A stretch of 24,000 nucleotides of DNA from an uncultured Candidatus Saccharibacteria bacterium (GTDB taxonomy: Bacteria; Patescibacteriota; Minisyncoccia; Portnoybacterales; GCA-002795985). Position numbers and translations under genes: made by a program. Positions 15,403-21,838 of this stretch are shown one piece after another. The notes under the pieces are model-generated. The model was not told the origin of the DNA, did no database searches, and was given only the letters and a program-made list of their open reading frames with translations. Every line of letters starts with the position of its first letter. Position 1 is the stretch's first letter. Where the stretch lies: contig CAYYTW010000012.1 of assembly GCA_964474765.1 (NCBI GenBank), positions 1 to 24,000 of the forward strand. The letters are read 5' to 3'.

Positions 15403-17259
15403 TTGATGAACATGAACTTTAATATTTTTAGCCGATTGAAGATATTTTCTTTGATAAAAAGCCGTTTGGGTCGGCGATTTTTATTTTTCATGATATTGGT
15501 TTCCACTATCCCGATTATCCTAATGGGATTTGTGGCTATTAGTTTTTTGAACAGCAGCCACCGCCACAATATTGCCAGCTTAGAAAAACAAATTCTTTTG
15601 CAAAAAGAAGAGGAAATTCAAAATTTTGTTGAAGAAGTCGTAAGTATTTTTCAAATTAGCTTTAATCTGTCGATAGAACAACTTATTGTTGAAGAAGGAG
15701 GAAGAACGAAATATCTTATAAAAAAAGAGGACTTGGACAATGTATTGAATGGAATTGTTAAGGAAAATCAATGGATAGAAAGCGTTTATTTTGTGGATAT
15801 TTCCGGCAAGATCGCGTCTTTTGTCAATCGGCATGCGGGGGCGGAAATTTTAGATGAGGGCATAATTTCTAGCGATTTAGCGCGAGTTCCTTTTTGGAAT
15901 CGAGTGATAGGCGGCCAGGATTATTTTGGTCCGGTTAATTATACGCTCTCCGGTTCAATGATAATAATTGCCACGCCGGTACGGAACGTTAATGGTAAAA
16001 TTGTTGCCGCGCTTATCGGAGAGGTAAGTTTAAAACGCGTAGAGCAAATAATTGATAGGACGATGTTGGGCGTCAGTGGCTACAGTTTTCTGGTTGATGG
16101 CCGCGGAATTTTGTTTGCGCATTCTGTCCCCGGTTTGTTCCAAAAGCAACTCGATTTGTCTTTTCTTGTCAGGATTCAGAACATTTTGGCTGGTCAAGAA
16201 CAAACAGGATTAAAAAGGGAAGATAAATTCACCAGCGTTTTTGGCCAAGAGGTTATTGCGGCGGGCAAAAAAATACCTAACTTAAATTGGGGAATTTTTG
16301 TTGAATGGCCAACTTCTGATGCGGAAGCTATTATTGAGACGATTATGAAACAGATAGTAATATTTTCGTTTTTCAGCTTGGTTATTGTTTTGTTGGTCAT
16401 TTTTTTAATTATCAGCGAATTGATTTGGCCAATCAGAAAATTGGAGGAAGGGGTAAGAGCAATGGGTGCGGGCAATTTTGATTATAGGGTGAAAATTAAA
16501 ACTGGCGATGAACTGGAAGATTTGGGCGGCGCATTTAATTTGTTGGGCGAGGCATTAAAACAGGTGCAGACGTTAAGAAACGAATTTGTATTTATCGCCG
16601 CCCATGAACTTCGCGCGCCGGTTACGGTAATCAAAGGTTATCTTTCAATGATCGCGGGGGGAGCAATGGGTCGTGTGCCTGCACGAATCGAAGAGGCCTT
16701 GGTTCCGATTAATAAAGCCGGTGAGGGTCTTGGTAAGCTGGTTGATGATTTGCTCCAGGTGGCGCGTTCCGAAGCCGGCAAAATCGAAATTAAAGTTAAA
16801 CCGGTTGATCTAGTTGAAGAAACAAAAAGCGTTTTGGCAGAATTGAAAATTTTGGCCGATGAAAAATTCATAGAAACAATTTATAATCCCCAAAATGATT
16901 TGCCTAACATATTGGCCGATCAGGGAAAGCTGAGAGAAATACTTAAGAATTTAGTTGATAATGCGATTAAATACACGCTTGGTAAGGGGACAATCACTGT
17001 TAATCATGAAATAAAAGATAAAATGCTTATTACGCACGTTCGAGATACTGGTATTGGCATTACTAAAGAGAACCAGCTGAAATTATTTGAGAAATTTTCC
17101 CGCATTAAAGCCGAAGGGACAGAAAGTATTCCGGGTACCGGTTTGGGCCTCTGGATTATTAAACAGCTTGTGGAAAAAATGAATGGCAAAATTTGGGTGG
17201 TATCCGAAAGGGACAATGGTTCGACCTTTAGCTTTTCTTTGCCAATCGCCATTGCTTAA
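15403..17259 (+). CDS. Sensor histidine kinase (TM, Cache-like, TM, HAMP, HisKA, HATPase_c)
   Basis: Two TM helices flank an extracytoplasmic Cache-like domain of about 270 aa. HAMP is IWPIRKLEEGVRAMGAGNFDY. The H-box is FVFIAAHELRAPV, the N-box NLVDNAIKYT, G1 DTGIGI and G2 GTGLGLWI. Confidence 0.9.
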   Translation: MMNMNFNIFSRLKIFSLIKSRLGRRFLFFMILVSTIPIILMGFVAISFLNSSHRHNIASLEKQILLQKEEEIQNFVEEVVSIFQISFNLSIEQLIVEEGGRTKYLIKKEDLDNVLNGIVKENQWIESVYFVDISGKIASFVNRHAGAEILDEGIISSDLARVPFWNRVIGGQDYFGPVNYTLSGSMIIIATPVRNVNGKIVAALIGEVSLKRVEQIIDRTMLGVSGYSFLVDGRGILFAHSVPGLFQKQLDLSFLVRIQNILAGQEQTGLKREDKFTSVFGQEVIAAGKKIPNLNWGIFVEWPTSDAEAIIETIMKQIVIFSFFSLVIVLLVIFLIISELIWPIRKLEEGVRAMGAGNFDYRVKIKTGDELEDLGGAFNLLGEALKQVQTLRNEFVFIAAHELRAPVTVIKGYLSMIAGGAMGRVPARIEEALVPINKAGEGLGKLVDDLLQVARSEAGKIEIKVKPVDLVEETKSVLAELKILADEKFIETIYNPQNDLPNILADQGKLREILKNLVDNAIKYTLGKGTITVNHEIKDKMLITHVRDTGIGITKENQLKLFEKFSRIKAEGTESIPGTGLGLWIIKQLVEKMNGKIWVVSERDNGSTFSFSLPIAIA

Positions 17260-17262
17260 ATT

Positions 17263-17667
17263 ATGCCTTCTTCCCCAAAACATATTCTTATTATCGACGA
17301 CGACCCCTTAATTCAAAGGCTTTTCGGGGCTAAACTTTCGGCTAATGGTTTTGAGGTTTTGTATGCGGCTAATGGAGATGTCGGACGAGAAATGGCCCGA
17401 CGTTTTTTGCCAGATTTAATTCTTCTGGACTTTCGTCTGCCGGGTACGGATGGTTTTGTTGTCGCCAAACGACTAAAGGAAGAGCCGCGAACGGCGAATG
17501 TGCCAATAGTTTTTTTCACCAACGAAGATTTTTCGCTTGAAGCTGAAAAGGCGATAAAAGAGCTATGGGCGGTTGATTATATTCATAAAAGCATCGATCT
17601 TGATGAATTTATTGAGCGCGTAAAAAGGGTCATTTCATCTTTTAGAAAGAAACGAATTGTAAAATAA
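17263..17667 (+). CDS. Stand-alone response-regulator receiver (CheY-like, no output domain)
   Basis: ILIIDDD acidic pocket, phospho-acceptor DLILLDFRLPG, FFTN and a conserved K in IHKS. The ORF is 134 aa and starts 3 nt after the kinase stop. Confidence 0.9.
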   Translation: MPSSPKHILIIDDDPLIQRLFGAKLSANGFEVLYAANGDVGREMARRFLPDLILLDFRLPGTDGFVVAKRLKEEPRTANVPIVFFTNEDFSLEAEKAIKELWAVDYIHKSIDLDEFIERVKRVISSFRKKRIVK

Positions 17668-17677
17668 AAAAGTTTTA

Positions 17678-18595
17678 ATGGCCGCTGCCTTTAATGATTT
17701 TATATATGGAAGAATATGGAAGAATATGGAACAGAAGATTTCTAACAAAAAAATATTGATGATTATCGCCTTCCGCGATTTTAAAGACGAGGAGTATTTT
17801 ATCCCGCGGGAAATTTTGCAACGCCCATCCGTAGCCTTGCGCGAAGGAGGGGAGAAGGCGGGGGCGAAGATAACAGTTGCCAGCGATAAAAAGAGTGTAG
17901 CATTGGGCGTCAGCGGAGGAGAGGCGGTCGTGGATTTAACATTTAAAGAGGTTAATGTTGACGATTTCGACGCCGTTGTTTTCATCGGCGGGCCGGGGGC
18001 GCGGAAATACATTGAAAACTTGGAGTGTCATCGAATAGCGCGAGAGGCGGTTGAAAAAGACAAGATTTTGGCCGCTATCTGCATCGCGCCAGCCATTTTA
18101 GCCAAGGCCGGAGCGCTGAACGGAAAAAAAGCGACTGTCTGGTCGAGCCCGATGGATAAAACCGCAATAAAAATTTTAGAGGAAAACGGCGCGAAATATA
18201 TGAAAGAGCCAGTGGTGGTTGATGGAAAAATCATTACTGCCAATGGGCCAGAAGCGGCAGGGGAGTTTGGGGATAAGTTATTTGAAAGTGTTGACAGCCG
18301 GGCAATAAAACACATATACTACAGCTATATGGCAAAAAAGATTACTTTGGACAATTTGGCGGGAATGATAAAGTGTGGTTTTGATGGTATGGATAAAAGA
18401 TTTGGCGAAATAGAAAAGAGGATGTCTACTATGGAGGCGCGACTTTCTAATCTCGAGGTTGGTCAGGAAGACATAAAATTAAGGCTGGACAATGTTGCTT
18501 ATAGATTTGAAATTGTCGAATTGCAAAAACGCGTAGACTTTTTAGAAAAAATAATTTTGCCCAAAGCAAAAAAGAGCGATCCGGTGTTAAAATAA
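17678..18595 (+). CDS. DJ-1/PfpI family protein fused to a C-terminal coiled-coil module of about 90 aa
   Basis: DAVVFIGGPG, nucleophile elbow LAAICIAPAIL and VVDGKIITANGPEAA. From aa 218 the sequence is MAKKITLDNLAGMIKCGFDGMDKRFGEIEKRM followed by heptad-rich sequence. The start may be ATG 17726 (MEQKISNKKILMII) rather than 17678. Confidence 0.8.
   Translation: MAAAFNDFIYGRIWKNMEQKISNKKILMIIAFRDFKDEEYFIPREILQRPSVALREGGEKAGAKITVASDKKSVALGVSGGEAVVDLTFKEVNVDDFDAVVFIGGPGARKYIENLECHRIAREAVEKDKILAAICIAPAILAKAGALNGKKATVWSSPMDKTAIKILEENGAKYMKEPVVVDGKIITANGPEAAGEFGDKLFESVDSRAIKHIYYSYMAKKITLDNLAGMIKCGFDGMDKRFGEIEKRMSTMEARLSNLEVGQEDIKLRLDNVAYRFEIVELQKRVDFLEKIILPKAKKSDPVLK
17704..17731 (+). repeat. 10-nt tandem repeat (atatggaaga, 2.8 copies) at the 5-prime end of the DJ-1 gene
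   Basis: Perfect 10-nt periodicity from 17704 to 17731. It creates ATGs at 17706, 17716 and 17726, of which only 17726 is in the DJ-1 frame. Confidence 0.85.
18291..18320 (+). promoter_or_regulatory. Near-consensus sigma-70-type promoter inside the DJ-1 fusion ORF
   Basis: TTGACA (18291-18296), an 18-nt spacer and TATACT (18315-18320). The in-frame ATG at 18329 lies 8 nt after the -10. Confidence 0.35.
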
Positions 18596-18827
18596 TCAAA
18601 TAAAGGTCGAAGACAGCAGGTTTACCCGTCGTATCCGCCAACTGGCGGAGAAGGCGGGCAATAAAAAAATTTCTCCTTCGGAGGACAAGCCTGCCGAGAC
18701 ACATGAAGTAGAAGCTAAAAGACGCCAAAAAAGGCGCCAAAAAATGCCAAGTTGGCGTAAATTGGCGGATGATTTTTTAGCGTTAGCTGGCTTCTATGAG
18801 ATTGTCGCGGCGGGAGCCGTATTTTTT
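18585..18827 (+). promoter_or_regulatory. Putative rplJ promoter (extended -10 TGtTAAAAT) plus a structured L10-type leader of about 230 nt
   Basis: tgttaaaat at 18585-18593. Leader hairpins are ccgcc-aact-ggcgg, ttctcc-ttc-ggagga and acgccaa...ttggcgt. A final hairpin gcggc-ggga-gccgt (18807-18820) covers the GGGAG SD and runs into TTTTTT-ATG. Confidence 0.45.
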
Positions 18828-19346
18828 ATGCTTACGCGAAAACAAAAAGAAGAAACAGTCTCGGAGTTGAGCGAAAGACTGGATAAGATGAAAGCCCTGG
18901 TTCTAATTGATTATTCGGGAATGAAAGTTGGCAAAATGGCGGAGCTCAGAAGAGAATTGAAAAAGGTAGGTGCGGAATTGAAAGTTTTTAAACGGCGCTT
19001 GGTTGATTTGGCCATGAAAAAAAGCGGTTTAAGTTTTGATATTGCTCAAATAAAGGGGCAGCTTGCGTTAATTTTTGGCTACGGAGACGAGGTTGGAGCG
19101 GCTAAAACGACGCACAAGCTTTCGGAAGGAAATAAAATTTTTAAGATAATTGCCGGCATCGTCGGCGGGAATAGTCTTGACGCGGCATCTGTTAGCGCTC
19201 TGGCCAAGCTTCCGACAAGAGAAGAATTGCTGGCTAAGTTTGTTGGTACCGTATCGGCGCCAATGTCTGGCATGGTTAATGTTTTACAAGGCAATACCCG
19301 GGGATTGGTTCGAGTTTTATCCGCCTACGCGGAAAAACGCAACTAA
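18828..19346 (+). CDS. rplJ: 50S ribosomal protein L10
   Basis: MLTRKQKEETVSELSERLDKMKALVLIDYSGMKVGKMAELRRELKKVGAELKVFKRRL is a typical L10 N-terminus. GGGAG lies 11 nt upstream of ATG 18828. The ORF-track start at 18744 lies in the leader. Confidence 0.9.
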   Translation: MLTRKQKEETVSELSERLDKMKALVLIDYSGMKVGKMAELRRELKKVGAELKVFKRRLVDLAMKKSGLSFDIAQIKGQLALIFGYGDEVGAAKTTHKLSEGNKIFKIIAGIVGGNSLDAASVSALAKLPTREELLAKFVGTVSAPMSGMVNVLQGNTRGLVRVLSAYAEKRN

Positions 19347-19431
19347 GTTTGATAATCAAGTTTCAAGAATCGCCGAACAATAATTGCTTTTCGGCAATGT
19401 GCTTCGGTGGATAAAAGTCAAATTAAACAAT

Positions 19432-19499
19432 AGCTACGAAATACGAAAAGGTACGAATATACGAAAACGTATTTGTATATTCGTAAATCATTCGTAGCT
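19432..19499. repeat. 68-nt AT-rich palindrome with TACGAA repeats in the rplJ-rplL spacer
   Basis: The outer stem pairs 19432-19440 with 19491-19499 (9 bp). The inner stem pairs 19452-19462 with 19475-19485 (11 bp). TACGAA occurs at 19435, 19442, 19452 and 19460, and TTCGTA at 19480 and 19491. Confidence 0.8.
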
Positions 19500-19512
19500 C
19501 GTAGAGAAACTT

Positions 19513-19938
19513 ATGGTCGAAGAAACAAAAAAAGAGGACGCCGCCAAAGAGGTGGAAGTCCCCAAAAAATTTAAAGACTTAGTCAAACAGATTGAGGAAA
19601 TGTCTGTTTTGGATTTATCAGAATTAGTTAAGGTTCTCGAAGAAAAATTTGGCGTCAGCGCGGCCGCGCCGGTGATGGTGGCGGCAGCATCGACTTCCGC
19701 TGAAGCTGCGGCGGACAAGGAAGAGAAGACTTCTTTTGACGTGCATTTAATTGGCGTTGGTGACCAAAAAATCAACGTTATTAAGGTAGTCAGGGAAGTA
19801 ACAACCCTTGGTTTGAAAGAGGCCAAAGATTTAGTTGATGGCGCGCCGAAGGTGGTCAAAGAGGGTTTAAAGAAAGAAGAGGCGGAAGAAATCAAGAAAA
19901 AGCTGGAGGCGGCCGGAGCGAAGGCGGAATTAAAGTAA
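19513..19938 (+). CDS. rplL: 50S ribosomal protein L7/L12 (with an N-terminal extension of about 17 aa)
   Basis: [22 protein letters not shown], an Ala-rich hinge, and the C-terminal domain [56 protein letters not shown]. Confidence 0.93.
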   Translation: MVEETKKEDAAKEVEVPKKFKDLVKQIEEMSVLDLSELVKVLEEKFGVSAAAPVMVAAASTSAEAAADKEEKTSFDVHLIGVGDQKINVIKVVREVTTLGLKEAKDLVDGAPKVVKEGLKKEEAEEIKKKLEAAGAKAELK

Positions 19939-19981
19939 TTTTTACCCGCCTTGGAACGCCCCGCATTTTTTTACACAAAAG

Positions 19982-20011
19982 CGGATCCGCGAAGATCCGA
20001 TTTTGTTTTTT
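19982..20011 (+). terminator. Rho-independent terminator after rplL
   Basis: cggatc (19982-19987) pairs with gatccg (19994-19999), with a 6-nt loop, followed by attttgttttttg. Confidence 0.7.
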
Positions 20012-20014
20012 GTC

Positions 20015-20043
20015 TTGAATTTTGGGGGCGGGCAGGATATGAT
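20015..20043 (+). promoter_or_regulatory. Sigma-70-type promoter for yvcK
   Basis: TTGAAT (20015-20020), a 17-nt spacer and TATGAT (20038-20043). Confidence 0.45.
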
Positions 20044-20050
20044 TGGAGTG

Positions 20051-20070
20051 TAAAAACATGAAAAAACATG
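20051..20070 (+). repeat. 10-nt tandem duplication (aaaaacatg) carrying two ATGs at the yvcK start
   Basis: taaaaacatg (20051-60) and aaaaaacatg (20061-70) are 9/10 identical. ATG 20058 is out of frame and ATG 20068 is the YvcK frame. Confidence 0.8.
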
Positions 20071-21096
20071 AAAAAGAAAAATATCGTTACAATTGGTGGA
20101 GGGACGGGCAGTTTTGTGCTCTTGTCCGGCTTGAAAAATTACCCGGTCAATATTTCGGCTATTGTTTCTATGACCGACAGCGGTGGATCAACGGGAATTT
20201 TAAGGGACGAATTAGGTGTTTTACCCCCCGGTGATGTTAGGCAGTGTTTGGTGGCATTGTCCGATTCTTCCATAACTTTGCGCAAGCTGATGAATTATCG
20301 GTTTGGCGGAGGAAGTTTAAGGGGGCATAATTTCGGCAATCTTTTTTTATCGGCTCTGGAAAAAATAGAAGGCAGCTTTTCGGATGGCGTGGAAAAAGCG
20401 GGGAAAATCTTAAACGTCGGGGGCGAGGTTATTCCCGTAACAGAAGATAACGTTGAGCTTTATATGGAGCTAAAAAATGGCGAGATTCTGGATGAGGAGA
20501 AAAAAATCAGCACTGATTTGTCAATCGAAAAAATCGGAATTAAAAAATATTGCTTAAGACCAAGAGCTAGGGCTAACCCCGGAGCTGTTAAGGCAATTTT
20601 AGAGGCGGATGTTATCGTGATCGGGCCTGGCAATCATTACAGCAGCGTCATGCCGAATTTGTTGGTAGGCGGCATTGCTGAGGCGATTGTAAAATCAAAA
20701 GCCAAAGTTATTTATAATTCCAATTTGGTCAACAAAAAAGGCCAGACGGAGAAATTTCACCTGGACGACTATGTTGATGCGGTTAATAACGCGCTAGGCG
20801 CGAAAAGAATAAATTTTGTAACCTATAATGTCAAGCGGCCAAATATGAAATTGATTGCCAAATATAACCGCCAGAGAGAGAGTCTTGTAGAATTTTGTGG
20901 GGAAGATCGAGCCAATAGGAAATATAAAGTTGTTTTAGCCGATCTTCTGGGTGCGAGAATTCCCCGTTATTCTAAGGACGACGCAATAGCTTCCCGCCGT
21001 TCTTTTATTCGTCACGACGGCAATAAGTTAGCTGTGGTGATTATGACTATCGCCGAGCGGGAAGGCAACGGGAGCTTGATAAAAGAGATTGTTTAG
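20068..21096 (+). CDS. yvcK: YvcK/GlmR-like (CofD-related, UPF0052) protein
   Basis: IVTIGGGTGSFVLLSGLK, AIVSMTDSGGSTGILRDELGVLPPGDVRQCLVALS and VIGPGNHYSSVMPNLLV. Confidence 0.8.
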   Translation: MKKKNIVTIGGGTGSFVLLSGLKNYPVNISAIVSMTDSGGSTGILRDELGVLPPGDVRQCLVALSDSSITLRKLMNYRFGGGSLRGHNFGNLFLSALEKIEGSFSDGVEKAGKILNVGGEVIPVTEDNVELYMELKNGEILDEEKKISTDLSIEKIGIKKYCLRPRARANPGAVKAILEADVIVIGPGNHYSSVMPNLLVGGIAEAIVKSKAKVIYNSNLVNKKGQTEKFHLDDYVDAVNNALGAKRINFVTYNVKRPNMKLIAKYNRQRESLVEFCGEDRANRKYKVVLADLLGARIPRYSKDDAIASRRSFIRHDGNKLAVVIMTIAEREGNGSLIKEIV

Positions 21097-21137
21097 AATA
21101 GACTTTCTTTTTAGGACTTTAACAAACGGAGGTTTAT

Positions 21138-21782
21138 ATGAAAATAGTTCTTGATTTTGACGATGTTATCTTCAATACAAAAACGTTTGTTCGAAACTAC
21201 AAGAAGATATTTCTTGCTTATGGGATTTCGGAAGACATTTTTAAAGAATGCTATTATGGTTCTGGTGAAGACGCGCAGCAAAAGAAATACGATCCCGCAA
21301 GGCATATTAAGGCGATAGAGGAGAAATTAGGAAAAAGTCTTGATGGATTAGGCGGGGCGGCGAGCAGATTCATTCATGGTGGTTGTGAGCAATATGTTTT
21401 TTCGGACGCACTAAGTTTTCTTCAGAGAAATCACGAAAGAGGTTTGCACCTTGTTTCTTTTGGCGATAGCGAATGGCAGTCTTCAAAAATAAGACGCAGT
21501 GGGATCGTCAGCTTTTTTAAGAAAGTCATTGTTTTAAGCGGTCCGAAATCAGCGGGGATCAAGACGATTCTTGAAGGCGATGAGAACAAAAACAAAAAGA
21601 TAATCTTTCTGGATGATAGAGCTGAAATTATCCGCGAAGTGAAGGAGAAATACCCGCAGGTAGTTACCATACTGATTAGGCGGGTTGGGGGACGGTATAG
21701 CGACAAAAAAAATGAACAATGCGATTTTGAAGCGGTAGATTTGAACGAAGCAGAAGCGATTATAAACAATGTTGGTAGCTAA
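21138..21782 (+). CDS. HAD-superfamily hydrolase (putative phosphatase)
   Basis: Motif I is LDFDDVIF (DxDxV), motif II LVSFG, a motif III Lys lies in SSKIRRSG, and motif IV is IIFLDDR. Confidence 0.7.
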   Translation: MKIVLDFDDVIFNTKTFVRNYKKIFLAYGISEDIFKECYYGSGEDAQQKKYDPARHIKAIEEKLGKSLDGLGGAASRFIHGGCEQYVFSDALSFLQRNHERGLHLVSFGDSEWQSSKIRRSGIVSFFKKVIVLSGPKSAGIKTILEGDENKNKKIIFLDDRAEIIREVKEKYPQVVTILIRRVGGRYSDKKNEQCDFEAVDLNEAEAIINNVGS

Positions 21783-21790
21783 CTTGATTT

Positions 21791-21820
21791 GGGGCTTGGC
21801 TTTTCCGGCCCCCATTTTTA
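21791..21820 (+). terminator. Rho-independent terminator after the HAD gene
   Basis: ggggctt (21791-21797) pairs with ggcccc (21807-21812) around a ttttcc-containing loop, followed by cattttta. The glmS RBS lies directly downstream. Confidence 0.55.
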
Positions 21821-21838
21821 CTAAATGAAGGAGGGTCT

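Noticed and set aside
18744-18827. ORF-track N-terminal extension of L10 (MPSWRKLADDFLALAGFYEIVAAGAVFF)
   Set aside because: It does not resemble an L10 N-terminus and overlaps the structured leader. MLTRKQKEE at 18828, with GGGAG upstream, matches canonical L10 starts.
21783-21838. Possible glmS ribozyme upstream of glmS
   Set aside because: The spacer is only 56 nt and is filled by a terminator hairpin and the RBS. That is far too short for the glmS ribozyme core, and none of its conserved segments were recognised.
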